Assembly: GCA_963844715.1 (NCBI GenBank)
Contig: CAWJPJ010000008.1
Span: forward strand, 1-64,000
Direction: 5' to 3'
From: an uncultured Phycisphaerales bacterium
GTDB taxonomy: Bacteria; Planctomycetota; Phycisphaerae; Tepidisphaerales; Tepidisphaeraceae
DNA: 64,000 bases
In this document: positions 29,654-41,670 of the stretch, piece after piece
How positions within the stretch are numbered: position 1 is the first letter of the stretch
Layout of the letters: every line of letters starts with the position of its first letter
The notes under the pieces: model-generated
Told to the model about the DNA's origin: nothing
The model's database searches: none
What the model saw: only the letters and a program-made list of their open reading frames with translations
Program-made: the position numbers and the translations under genes

Positions 29654-30184
29654 CTAATGCGGCGCCGGGTCGGAATAGGCTTTGACGCCGTCGTTTACTT
29701 TCCAGAGCAGGCGCTCGAGCAGGTGTTTCTCGTCCTCGATGAGGTTTGCCATGAGGGCCGCGGTTCGGCGGTAATAGTCGGGAAGAATGTTATCGAGATA
29801 TTTGGTGCCTTGCTCGGTCAGCCGCACGGTCGCCATTCTCCGGTCGTGATGGTCGGGGGCTCGGGTGACGAGGCCGTCACGTTCCAGCCCGTTGAGAAGC
29901 CCCGTCATTGTGGCACGCGTCACGCCACAACGGCGTGCCAGATCGGACGGCGCCAAGCCGATACTTGGATCCCGGTTTAGAACCATCAACACGCAAAAGC
30001 GCCCCTGCGAGGTATTGTTGCGCGCCCAATATCCTTCCAGGGCCGTCATCATGTCGCTGGCGACGCGAAGAAGAACCAGACTGGATTCAACTGAAGCGGG
30101 GTCGACATCCGGGTAGCGCTCGCACCGCTTGCAGATGGCTTCGTACTTCGGTAGGTCACGTAAGTAGAACATCCCGCCACTCAT
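29654..30184 (-). CDS. MarR-family transcriptional regulator
   Basis: PSDLARRCGVTRATMTGLLNGLERDGLV.R...DRR...V.LT..G. Confidence 0.9.
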   Translation of the reverse strand: MSGGMFYLRDLPKYEAICKRCERYPDVDPASVESSLVLLRVASDMMTALEGYWARNNTSQGRFCVLMVLNRDPSIGLAPSDLARRCGVTRATMTGLLNGLERDGLVTRAPDHHDRRMATVRLTEQGTKYLDNILPDYYRRTAALMANLIEDEKHLLERLLWKVNDGVKAYSDPAPH

Positions 30185-30399
30185 ATAGTGCCTCATTCTA
30201 GCGAAGGAAGGCAAAACAACAAAAATCAGATAAATTCCCGCTAAGGCGTCCCCGTAAGGGCTTATAAGCGGTATTGAAATCCAAATCGGGGTGACTTGCA
30301 AACAAACGGCGCATCAATAGACTTTGCGCGCTCATCCGCAACCAGCGCATTGGGCGGCTTGGAGAAGCCGCTGCGTCGGGGCGAGTGGCAACGGTTCCC

Positions 30400-31344
30400 A
30401 TGCTCGGCATCGCCTTTACGCTATCCCGGCTTCCGGTTTCCCTTTCGCCCTCTGTTGGTTTGGCGGACGTCCAAATCACCGTGGCCCCACTGGCGATTTT
30501 GACCCTTTGCGTGGTCGCGGGACTGGGGACCCTGCTGACCCTGCCGGCGCGAAGGCGCCCAACCGGGTCGAAGCTGGGGAAAGTGCTGCTCGCAGCGGGC
30601 GGATTGATTCTGGCCGTGGCGGTGGTTCATGCGTCCGCGGGGCAGGATTTGTCCGGAACGGGGCCATATTTCTGGATATTTTCAGCGGTGGCGATCGTCG
30701 GGGCGGTCCGTGTTATCACGCATCCCCGACCGGTTTATTCCGCCCTTTACTTTGTATTGACAGTATTTGCGTCGGCGGGTTTGTTCGTGCTGATGTTTGC
30801 TGAATTTATGGCGGCCGCGCTGGTGCTGATCTATGCGGGGGCGATCCTTGTAACCTACGTCTTTGTGATCATGCTGGCGGCATCGGCGCAGAGCGGAGAA
30901 TCTGCGCGCTGATGGGTTTGGCGGAGTCTGACGCCGTCAGCCGCGAACCATTTACGCGCCTGCTGCATTGGCTTTGCGCTGATGGGGGTCTTGCTCTACG
31001 TGGTATTCGACAAGGCCGGGAAAATCTCTCCTTCGCCGCTGGCGGCGACGCCGGCGGTGGCGGTTTCCGGGGACGACGAAGCGGTGCACGGATCGACCCA
31101 GGCGCTGGGCGCATATCTCTTTAAAGATCAAATGGTTAACCTCGAACTGGCGGGTTTGATCCTGACCGTTGCGATGGTGGGGGCGATCGTGATATCGCGC
31201 CGGCGCGTCGCGGATATTTACGACACCTTCGAGGTTCGCGCCGAGACGATTAACGCGACGATGACGCCGCTGGACGACAGTCCCCACAGCATTCCCGTCT
31301 ACGGAACGACCAACCCCGCGCAAAAGGCCTTTCCGGAAACCTGA
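30400..31344 (+). CDS. nuoJ: NADH-quinone oxidoreductase subunit J (frameshift near 30900-30970)
   Basis: PVYSALYF, AEF.AA...LIYAGAILV.YVFVIML, EL.GLIL..AMVGA. Confidence 0.85.
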
Positions 31345-31346
31345 GC

Positions 31347-31655
31347 ATGAGCACGCTGGCGTTACAACATTTTCTGGCGGTCGGGGCGATGATGTTCGCC
31401 ATCGGTTTGATCGGATTCATGACGCGGCGGAATCTGATCGTGATGTTCCTCTGCACGGAGTTGATGTTCCAGGCGGTCGCGATCAATCTGATCGCCTTCA
31501 GCCGGTATACCGGGAATCTCGCCGGACAGGCGTTTGTGATTTTCGTATTGGTGATCGCGGCGGCCGAAGCGTCGCTGGCGCTGGGTCTGGTCATTCTGCT
31601 GTTCCGAAAGAAAAACACATTGGACGCCGACGCCTGGCGAGATTTAAAGGGTTGA
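31347..31655 (+). CDS. nuoK: NADH-quinone oxidoreductase subunit K
   Basis: RRNLIVMFLCTELM, GQAF, AAAEA.L.L. Confidence 0.93.
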   Translation: MSTLALQHFLAVGAMMFAIGLIGFMTRRNLIVMFLCTELMFQAVAINLIAFSRYTGNLAGQAFVIFVLVIAAAEASLALGLVILLFRKKNTLDADAWRDLKG

Positions 31656-31674
31656 TCGAAGCGCAACAATCCCC

Positions 31675-33782
31675 ATGGACGCACTTTTTGCCGTCAGATA
31701 TTCCTACCTGATCCCGCTGCTGCCCCTGCTCGGCGCGGTGATCTCGGGATTTTTCGGCGCCAAAATCCTGCGCGGGAAATCGCACTGGCCGATCTGGCTC
31801 GGCGTCGGCGCCAGCGCCGTGATCAGCCTCTCGCTCCTCTTCCAGATGATCCATCTCTGGAAATCGGGCCAGACCCAACTCTGGGCCAACAAGGACTGGT
31901 ACACCTGGATCGAGGCGGGGCAGTTCAAGGCGATGGCGGGATTTTATTTTGATCCCCTGACGGCCGTGATGCTCACGGTGGTGACGGGGGTCGGTTTCCT
32001 GATCACGGTCTTTTCCGCCGGGTATATGAAGGGGGAGCCGGGGTATTTCCGTTTCTTCGCGTATCTGGGGCTATTTATCTTCGCGATGACCTGCCTGGTG
32101 ATGGGGAACAACTTCATCATGCTTTATCTGGGGTGGGAAGGCGTGGGGGTCTGCTCGTATCTGCTGATCGGGTACTACTACGAAAAACCCTCGGCGGTCG
32201 CGGCGGCGAAAAAGGCGTTCCTGGTGAACCGAATCGGGGATTTTGGATTCGGGCTCGGGATCATGCTCATCTGGAAGGTTTTTCATACCGTCAGCTATTT
32301 CGGCGACGGATCGGTGATGGCGCCAGGGGTATTCCAATTGGCGTTGCACACCGGCGGAACCTACGGCGCGGAAATGAAATGGATCCCGTTCCTGCTGATG
32401 CTGGGAGCGTTCGGAAAATCGGCGCAATTCCCGCTCTATGTCTGGCTGCCTGACGCAATGGAAGGCCCGACGCCGGTTTCGGCGCTGATCCACGCCGCGA
32501 CCATGGTGACCGCGGGCGTTTACATGATCGCCCGCTGCGGCGTTCTGTTTGTCGGAAATCAGGCGGCGATGAACACCGTGGCCGAGATCGGCGCCTTCAC
32601 GGCGCTATTTGCGGCGACGATCGCGCTGCGGCAGTTCGATCTGAAAAAGGTCTTTGCCTACAGCACGATCAGCCAGCTCGGCTACATGTTCGTCGGCGTG
32701 GGAGTCATGGCGCCGGTGGCGGGCGTGTTTCATCTCGTGACACACGCGTTTTTCAAGGCCCTGCTCTTCTTGAGTTCGGGCGTCGTGATGCATGCGATGT
32801 CGGGTGAATTGGACATGCGGAAGATGTCCGGGCTGAAGAAAGTCCTGCCCTGGACGAATATATTCATGCTCGTCGGGTGCTTGGCGCTGGCCGGTTTCCC
32901 CTTCTTCAGCGGATTTTTCTCCAAGGACGAAATTGTCGCGGCCGCGTACCGCCAGAGCCCGGCGCTGGGGATCATTCTGCTGCTGGCGGCGTTTTTGACG
33001 GCGTATTACACGTTCCGGCTCTATTTCCGAGTGTTTCAGGGTCCGCTGGTCGTACCGCCTCCGCCGGCTCCTCCGGCGCATCAGGTTGATGCCGACCACG
33101 ATCATGGCCACGGACATGATGATGCCCACGATCGCGCCCACGGGCACGCGGAGGAACACCATCACAATCATGAGCCGTTGGTCATGATGCTGCCCCTGGC
33201 GCTGCTGACGATCGGGGCGCTGTGCGCGGGGTATTTGAATTGGCCGTCACAGCAATTGCGGGATTTTCTCGGCAAGAGCCCCTCGATGGAGATGAGCTAC
33301 GACATGGCGGTCGATTGGTACGGGCCCAAGAGTGACCTGATTAACGCCGACGGGTTGGGACAGGTCCAGGCCGAGGGCGAGGCGGGGGGCGAGAAGAGCT
33401 CGTTCCCGATTTCTCCGCTGATGATGATCAGCGGTTTGATTTCCATCGCGGGCATTGGGTTGGCCTATGTATTCCATTTGGCCGACCGCGCTCGCGGGGA
33501 CAGACTGGCCGTAGAGCTCGGCCCGCTGACGCGCATACTGGAAGCCAAGTATTGGGTGGACGAAGCGTACCAGGCGTTGATCGTGGACCCGCTCTTCTGG
33601 GCGGGGGAGCGATTTTCGACATCGACCGGTACATCGTGGACGGGATCGTATCAACAGTGGGACTGATTCCGCAGCTCGGCGGTTTTGCGATGAAGCTTTC
33701 CACGCAGCGCGGTTATTTGCAGGGCTATGCCGCCGCCATGCTCTTGGGCATCGCGGCGATTCTTCTGCTGATGTTCGTCTGA
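31675..33782 (+). CDS. nuoL: NADH-quinone oxidoreductase subunit L (frameshift near 33610)
   Basis: GWEGVG, KAFLVNRIGD, GKSAQFPLYVWLPDAMEGPTPVSALIHAATMV, HAFFKALLF; His-rich loop. Confidence 0.95.
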
Positions 33783-33795
33783 TCGGAGTTGGAAT

Positions 33796-35332
33796 TTGAA
33801 CGGTGGTCTGACAGTTTTGCTTCTGCTGGTCCCAGCCCTGGGGTCCCTGCTGGGGGCGTTGCTTCCGCAGGCGGTTTCGCGCGGATGGGCGCTGTTCGTC
33901 AGCACGGCGACGCTGCTGGTCGCGCTCATCATGGCGTGCGGGTTCAACTACAGCGCAGGCTTCCTGCAATACAAATACACGGGCTTTGCGCTTCCAGGCA
34001 TCGGGACGGCGTTTGCGCTGGGGGTCGATTCGATTTCGCTGTGGCTGGTTCTGCTGACGGTGCTGCTGGTGCCGCTGGCGGTGCTGGCGAGCTTTAAGAG
34101 CATCCAGGACCGGTCGCGGGAATATTACGCGTGGATGCTCCTGCTGCTGGCGGCGATGCTCGGCGTGTTTGTGGTGCGCGACCTGCTCGTGTTCTATATC
34201 TTCTTCGAACTGACCCTGGTGCCGATGTTTTTCATCATCGGGATCTGGGGCGGCCCGGAGCGGCGCTACGCGGCGGGCAAGTTCTTCCTCTTCACGTTCA
34301 CGGGGTCCGTCTTCACGCTGGCCGGAGCGATCTATCTGGGATACAAGGCCGGGAGCTTCGACATTCAAAAGGTCGTCCTCTTCGCACAAACGCAATTGAC
34401 CCCGACCGAGCGCTATTGGCTGTTGCTGGCCCTGATGGCGGGGTTTGCCGTGAAGGTCCCGCTCTTTCCGGTGCATACCTGGCTGCCATTGGCGGCACAC
34501 CGAAGCGCCGACGGCGGGCAGCGTCATCCTCGCCGGCGTTTTGCTGAAATTGGGGACCTATGGACTCTTGCGCCTGGCGGTGCCGATCGGGCTTATCGCC
34601 ACGGATCAGGTCACCTTCGCCAGGACCCTGTCGGTGATCGGCGGACTGTGCGTGGTCGGCGTGATCTACGGAGCGCTCGTCGCCTGGGTTCAGCAGGATA
34701 TCAAGAAACTGGTGGCATATAGCTCGGTCTCGCACCTGGGTTTTTGCGTGCTGGGATTGCTCGCGCTGAATACGCACGGCATCGAAGGTTCGATCCTATA
34801 CATGATCAATCATGGGCTTTCGACCGGGGCGCTCTTCCTCGTCGTCGGCATGATTTACGATCGGTATCACACCCGCGACATCAATCAACTCTCCGGCCTG
34901 GCGAAGCGAATGCCGATCCTTGCGTTCTTTTTCGTGCTGTTTGCGCTGTCGAGCATCGGGCTGCCGGGGTTGAACGGATTTGTGAGTGAGTTTCTGACGA
35001 TTCTGGGGGCGTTTACGTCGAATTTCCTGGGGATCAAATACGGGGCGACGGCGGCATTGGGAATTATTCTGGGCGCCGTCTACATGCTGCACATGCTCGC
35101 CAAGGTGGTCTGGGGCCCGCTGAAGACGCCGGTGCTGCACGGCGAACATGGAGAAAGCCACGCGACGCCCGGCGATATCGGCGCGCGGGAAATCGCGATT
35201 CTGGTTCCGCTGGCGGTGGCGGTGGTGTGGCTGGGTGTTTATCCCGGGCCGCTGCTGCGGTCGCTGAGAGGGCCTGTGAGCAAATTGGACGCGCCTCTGG
35301 TGTACCGCTCGACCGAGGCTTCGGCGAGATAA
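33796..35332 (+). CDS. nuoM: NADH-quinone oxidoreductase subunit M (frameshift near 34495)
   Basis: FYIFFE, IGIWG, VKVPLFPVHTWLP, KKLVAYSSVSHLG, GLPGLNGFVSEF. Confidence 0.93.
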
Positions 35333-35335
35333 GTC

Positions 35336-36921
35336 ATGAGAGAACTGATACACGCCATGTTTCCGGAGATCGTGCTGTGCGCGGCGGCGTGCGGGTTATT
35401 TTTGCTCGGCGTATCGCATCAGGCGGGCGTGCGGCGCTCGGCGCCGGTGTTTGCACTGCTGGCATTGGCGATCGCCCTCGTTTCGCAATTTTCCAGGTTC
35501 TCGGGCAGAGCATCGCTGGCCGATAACATGCACACCGTGCAGGTGTATGAGTTTGGGCGATATATCAAGCTGCTGTCGGCGGTGATCGCGATATTCATGG
35601 TCATGCTCGCCTGGCCGGATAATCCGCAAGGGACGGGCGGGCCGGCAGTCGAATGGGGCGCCGAGGCAGGGGAATTCTTTGCCCTGATGCTCCTGTCGAT
35701 CGCCGGGCTGTTCATCGTGGCCGGAGCGAACGACTTCATGCTCCTGTTCCTGGGGATCGAACTGGCGAGCATCCCGACTTACATCATGGTCAGCATCTCC
35801 CGGCCCCTCGCGGTAGCGCAGGAGGCGGGCGTCAAGTATTTCTTCCTCGGCGCCATGGCGGTGGCGGTCATGCTGTTTGGGTTCAGCTATCTCTACGGCG
35901 CGACGGGCACGACCAAGCTGGATCAGATCCAGGCGGCAATGTCGCCGGCAACGGGATTCACGCCCTGGGAAACCCTGGCGGTGGTGATGCTCATCGCGGG
36001 ATTCGCCTTCAAGATGGCGGCGGTGCCGATGCATGTTTATGCCGGAGACGTTTACGAAGGCGCCGCGACGCCGGTCACAGCGTTTTTGAGCTTTGTTCCC
36101 AAGGCGAGCGGGTTTGTCGCGCTGCTGAAGATTCTCTATGCCGTGACCGGCGGAACCTGGCAGCGCCGCCCGATATCGTCAAGCTACTCTGGATTCTCGC
36201 GTTCCTGACCATGACGATCGGCAACACGCTCGGCCTCGTGCAGGTGCGGAACGTCAAGCGCGTTTTAGCCTATAGCTCCGTGGCGCACAGCGGCTATATG
36301 CTGGTCGGAGTCACGGCGCTGGTTTCCACAAAGGTCCCGAATATCCAAACCGCGGCGCTGCGCGGCGTGCTGTTCTATCTGACCGCGTACGGACTGATGA
36401 ACATCGCCGCGTTCGGAGTGCTCATCCTCCTTCCGAGCCGCAATTCCCAGCCGGCGACGAGCGCTGAAACTTTCGAGGATTTGGCGGGAATGGGGCGGAA
36501 GCACGTGGTCCTTGGCCTGGCCATGGCGGTGAGCTGTTTCAGCTTGATCGGACTCCCGCTGACGATTGGATTCTTCGGCAAGCTTTATTTGATCGGCCCG
36601 GCGCTGAGCGCGAATCTCTACTGGCTGGTGGTGTTGCTGGTGATCAACGCGGCGATCAGCGCGGCGTACTATCTGAAAATCGTAGCTACGATGTTTTTGC
36701 GAACCGAGCCCGGACAAGCCGCCGGGCAGACCAGCGGGCCGGATCGGCACCCGTTCCCGGTCATGGTGGCTGTCGGGGTCTCGATGTTTCTGGTGCTCTG
36801 GTTGGGGATTGTTTGGCCCGCGACCGGCCGCCTGACCGCGCGGACCACCAAAGCCACGCAGCTTGAACCGCTTGCCTTGCCGAGTGTTACTGCATCTGCA
36901 ACGGCATCTCTTGATCGGTAA
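35336..36921 (+). CDS. nuoN: NADH-quinone oxidoreductase subunit N (frameshift near 36165)
   Basis: EAGVKYFFLG, FK..AVP.H....DVYEGA.TPV, KRVLAYSSVAHSGY, SLIGLP.T.GF.GK. Confidence 0.93.
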
Positions 36922-37180
36922 ATCACAGCAATTTGATAAAAGTCGCGAATGACTGCCGTGGATGGTGGGGATTTCTCTAATCAAGCATTTTGAGAAGGTT
37001 TGCGCGATCTGAACAAAGGGCCGGAATGATGTCGGGGGCCAAGGATGTTTTTGCGGCAGGGGGGTTCCGGAGGTCATAATCGGGAGCCGTCCCACGGAGA
37101 AAATGGGATCGGACGGCGCGCACGAAGAAAAGGGAATTTGTTGCGGCGTTTCGGCGCCGTCAAGGGAAAGGAGAGGCTTT

Positions 37181-38623
37181 ATGTTCCACCTGAGGCGTCG
37201 CGTGGGTGCGGCGATGGTGGCGGGAATGATCGGACTGGGGGCTGTAACAGTTCTTGCCGATCAACCCGCGACTCAACCCAGTAATCAAGACCTGCAAGCG
37301 CAAATCCAGCAACTCAAGGCGCAGGTCAACGAGCTGAAATCGAATCAGCAGGAAAACCAGGTCGACGAAGAGCTGGCCGTCCAGCAGGTCATCACCGAGG
37401 CGAATCAGAACAGCCAGTTGTTCGATGCGTCCACGGGGGATGCGACCTCCGGGTACCTGGCCAAGCGTTTCTTCATCGCCAGCGAAGACGGGGATTACAC
37501 CTTCAAGCCGTGGATACACATCCAGGTTCGCGATGTCACGAATATGGCGGATGGGAATTATCCCGTCCAAAACGGCATCGAAATCCGCCGGGCCCGCTTC
37601 GGGTTTGACGGCAATCTCTTCGGCAAGGATTTCACTTACTTCATCAACTGGGCCACGAATCGCGCCAACAGCACGCTGACAGTGAAGAATACAGCCGGCG
37701 CCACGGTGGGAACGACGACGTCTCCCGTCGGCGGCCTGCCGGTGCTTGAAGAAGCGTGGATGAAGTATCACATTCCGGACACGGTGTTCTATCTCCATGC
37801 CGGGCAGATGCACGATCCGCTCGATCACGAAAACATCGTGGGGTCGAAATATCGCGCGCCGGAAGCCTCGCTCCAGGGCGATATCTTCGGAAATACCGAT
37901 ACCTTCACCAAGGCGATCACCGCGATTTACGATCCGAAGACGGATCTTCGCGCCGAGGCCGGCGTGAACGACGGCATCCGCAGCGCCAACACCAATTTCG
38001 AGGACGCCCCCAACAACGGCAACGCCTATGACGGCGGCGTTGCCGGCCGCGTCGAGTACAAGATGATGGGCAACTGGAAGGATTACGACCAGCTCACCGC
38101 CTACGGCGACAAGGACGATCTGCTGGTGCTCGGCTCCGGCATCGACTGGTCTTACGGCAGCGGCGCGTACGAGACGATCTCGCACACCGCCGATTTGCAA
38201 TACGGCGATCCGGAAGGTTGGTTTGCGTATCTCTGCTATTTCGGGCGGTATACGAATCATCAGATCGGAATTCCCGCCACCAGCAACCCGGGCGCTTCGT
38301 TCGGAACGCCGGGCGATCTTGGGGCGGATACCTATGAGCCATCGGTGGACGTACTGGTCGCTTACATGATCACCGACAAGCTCGAGCCGTTCGCCCGTTA
38401 CGAATACATGCACCTCCAAGGCACCCCGGCCGGGAGCAACAACAACGTGACGGACATCTCGCTCGGCGCCAATTACTATTTCTATGGACACAATCTGAAG
38501 TTCACGGGAATGGTGACCTATCTGCCGACGGGAATTCCCATCAGCGATACGAGTTCGGATGTCTTGGCCGACAACAACAAGGCTGAGGTGGTCTTCATCA
38601 CGCAGATTCAGCTGTTGCTTTAG
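37181..38623 (+). CDS. Outer-membrane porin (OprO/OprP-like), paralogue 1
   Basis: Signal peptide, N-terminal coiled coil, GIEIRRAR.GF.GN, G.NYYF.GHNLKF, C-terminal beta strand. Confidence 0.75.
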   Translation: MFHLRRRVGAAMVAGMIGLGAVTVLADQPATQPSNQDLQAQIQQLKAQVNELKSNQQENQVDEELAVQQVITEANQNSQLFDASTGDATSGYLAKRFFIASEDGDYTFKPWIHIQVRDVTNMADGNYPVQNGIEIRRARFGFDGNLFGKDFTYFINWATNRANSTLTVKNTAGATVGTTTSPVGGLPVLEEAWMKYHIPDTVFYLHAGQMHDPLDHENIVGSKYRAPEASLQGDIFGNTDTFTKAITAIYDPKTDLRAEAGVNDGIRSANTNFEDAPNNGNAYDGGVAGRVEYKMMGNWKDYDQLTAYGDKDDLLVLGSGIDWSYGSGAYETISHTADLQYGDPEGWFAYLCYFGRYTNHQIGIPATSNPGASFGTPGDLGADTYEPSVDVLVAYMITDKLEPFARYEYMHLQGTPAGSNNNVTDISLGANYYFYGHNLKFTGMVTYLPTGIPISDTSSDVLADNNKAEVVFITQIQLLL

Positions 38624-38644
38624 AAAAAAATGAGTGCGGAAACG

Positions 38645-38680
38645 AAAGGGCCGGTGCGAACGCCGGCCCTTTTTCTTTTC
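38645..38680. terminator. Terminator between convergent genes
   Basis: AAAGGGCCGG/CCGGCCCTTT stem plus T tract. Confidence 0.75.
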
Positions 38681-38686
38681 TGCGGT

Positions 38687-40227
38687 TTATTTCTCCGGGT
38701 CGGAAGGGCCCAGCACCTGCTGGAAGGTGGCGATGATCGCCGGTTGCGGCTTGGACGGAGCGGGAATGGATTGGTAATCCTCCCACCCGCCGCCGAGTCC
38801 CTTGTAGATGGCGATGAATTGCAGCACGACGGCTTCCTGGGTCACTTCATACTGATCCTGAAGGACGTATAGCTGTCGCTCGGCGTCGGCGACGTTCAGA
38901 AAGTCGATGATCCCGCGATTGTATCGCTCCTGCGCCAGCGTGACGGGCGCTGCCCGGCCTGGAGGGCGTCGGCGAGATTCCCCGCGCATTCCTGCTCGGC
39001 GGCGAAGGCGGCGACCGCGTCGTCCACCTCTTCAACCGCGGAAAGAATCGTCCGCTTGTAGTTCACCAGGGCGGCGTGCGTTTCCAATTTCTGCGTCTGG
39101 ATCTGCGCGTCCAGTGCGCCAAAATCCAGAAGCGGCCATTCCGCCAACGGACCCGCCGACCAGAGGAAGGAATTCATCGGGTCGCTTCGGCCCATCCCCT
39201 GCCCCTGTAAGCCGACGCCGGCGGTGACGGCGACGTTGGGAAAGAGCTCGGCCGATGGCGACCCCGACGTTGGCGGTATTGATCGCGACTTCGCGCTCCG
39301 CTTCAAGGATATCGGGCCGGCGGCGAAGCAGATCGACGGGCAATCCCGGCTGGATCGCGGCCGGAACCTGCGGCAATTCGCCGGGAGCCGACAGCTCGGC
39401 GGATAAGTCCTGCGGATACTCTCCCAGCAGAACCGCCACCCGGTCGCGCGCAGGCGGACAAGCTCGAATCAAGCGGGCCCACCTCGGCCTGAAGGACCGC
39501 CAGCTCGCGTTTCGCCAGCGCCAGATCGAGTTCATTCACAATTCCCAGATCGACGCGCTGCTGCTCGATATGTACGGTGAGCTGCGCGCTTTTGATGTTG
39601 TTTTGAAGAATCGCCAGCCGCAGTTGCAGGGTTCGCGTGTCGAGATAGGCGCGGGCGACGTCGGAGACGACCGTAATCAGCACGGCGTTGCGCATTTCCG
39701 CCATCGCCTGCGTGTTGTATTTTGCCGCCTCGATTTCCCTACGGTATTTGCCCCAGATGTCCAGCTCCCACCCGGCGTCAAATCCGACGACCTGGGTGAT
39801 TTCCTTCAGTCCGTCGGTGTTGGTGCCGGCGTTGAGGGGGCCGTCGATTCGGCCCTTCACGGAATTGGTCCCCGAGCCGCGCGCCACGGCCCCGCTGGCC
39901 CCCCCAAAGGGAAGCGAAGCGCCTTCGATGACGGCTTCCTGTTCCCGCGCTTCCTGCACGCGCGTCAGGGCGATCTCGATGTCCAGATTGGCGGCGATGG
40001 CGCGGTCGATCAGGGAGTCGAGTTCGGGGTCGTTAAAGCTGCGCCACCAGCGGGTCATGTCCACCGTCACCGCGGCTCGCCGCAGTGGAGGGAGCGGTCG
40101 TCGGAGCAGGCTCGAAATTATCCGGGACCTTCACATCGGGCTGGTGGTAGTTCGGACCGACGCTGCATCCGGCCAGAACCGTCAGGATCGCCGAGATGGA
40201 TAGGACTCCGACCGCTTTCATAACCAT
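38687..40227 (-). CDS. RND outer-membrane factor, NodT/OprM-type lipoprotein (several frameshifts)
   Basis: LAGCSVGPNY, WW..FNDPEL, WELDIWG, LLRRRPDI, YKGLGGGW. Confidence 0.85.
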
Positions 40228-40247
40228 GGGCTCCGGCGTATTTGGGT

Positions 40248-41670
40248 TCAGTGCGTTGGCCCGGCAGGGTCCGCCGTGGTTTGGGAACCGGACGCTTTGG
40301 CGATCGGATCCTGCGCGGCCGGGGCGTCGACGACTTTCACCGGGGAATCGATGTCGGTTGCCACCACCTTGTCGCCTTCATCTATTTGATTGCTGAGATT
40401 GAGCGCCACCTTGTCATCCGGCGCGACGCCCGAGGAGAGTTCCACGAAATCGCCATTATCGATGGCGATGTTGACTTTGTGGAAGGCGACCTGCCCATCG
40501 TCCCCGACGACCGCGACGACCGGACCGCTGGCGCGGAAGATCATGGCGCTGGCGGGAACCTGAAGAAGTCCCTTGCGCGTGATGTCGAAGGTGACCTGCA
40601 AATACATGCCGGGCAGGAGAACCCCCTGCGGATTGTCGATGTCGACTTCAACGCGGAGGGTTCGCGTGGCCGGATCGATGGCGTTGGCGGTGCGTGTGAT
40701 GGCGCCCGTGAAGTCCTGGTCGGGATACTCGTTGCATCGCGCGGTGGCCGGAACGCCCACGGTCATTCCAGACGCCTCGTTTTGCGGAACATCGACAAAC
40801 ACGCGGATTTTGTTGATCTGCGCTATCGCGTAGAGGGAAGTCGTATTCGAAGTGCTGCCGGCGGTGACGAGATCGCCGATGTCGATGCGCCGCGCGGTGA
40901 TGACGCCGTCGAACGGCCGCCGTCACGCGCTTAAAGGCTTCCAGGGCGCTGAGCTGATCGACGTTGGATTGATCGGCGCTGACTTTGGATTCCGCGGCCG
41001 TCAGGTGGGCCACGCCGGAGTTGAATTCGGCTTTCTTCTCCTCGCGTTCCTGTTGCGAAACGACGCCCTGCTCGGCCTGCTTCCACCGCTCATAAGTGGT
41101 CTTCGTGAAATCGGCGTTCGCCTGGGCGACCTCGACTTCGGACCCGGAGATCGCCAGTTGGTGCTCGGCGGCCTGGAGCTGGGCGTCGAGGTCCGGGGTT
41201 TCGATCGTCGCCAGGACCTGCCCCTTGGTTACATGATCCCCGATATCGACATACCATTGTCCGACATACCCGCTGACCCGCGCATAAATGGTGCTTTCAT
41301 ACCAGCCGTGCGCCGCCCCCGGCAGCGGGAGCGACTGCGTCGCCGGGCGCGTTTGACGGTCACGACATCCACGCCCGGCGGAGCCGCGGCATCGGTGGCG
41401 GCGTCAGCCTGCAATTCTTCAAACGCCTTAGCCTTGGAATGCTGGACAAGAACGAATCCCACGGCCAGGGCGATTCCAAGCAGCGCAGCGCAGATCGCCA
41501 GAATCCGCCCCGTGGAGCGCGAAGGGCGCGGATCGCCGTGGTGCGCGCCTTTCGCGCTCCAATTTAATCAGCGTGACTTCGGCGATTGAATCGGGGGAAA
41601 CGGAATGCCCGTCGGGGCCGTCCGATTCCGGGCCGTTGATGTCGGGATTATGCGGTTGCACGGGCACCAT
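40248..41670 (-). CDS. RND membrane fusion protein (frameshifts)
   Basis: IDPATRTLRVEVDIDNP.G.LLPGMY; lies between the RND and OMF genes. Confidence 0.85.
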
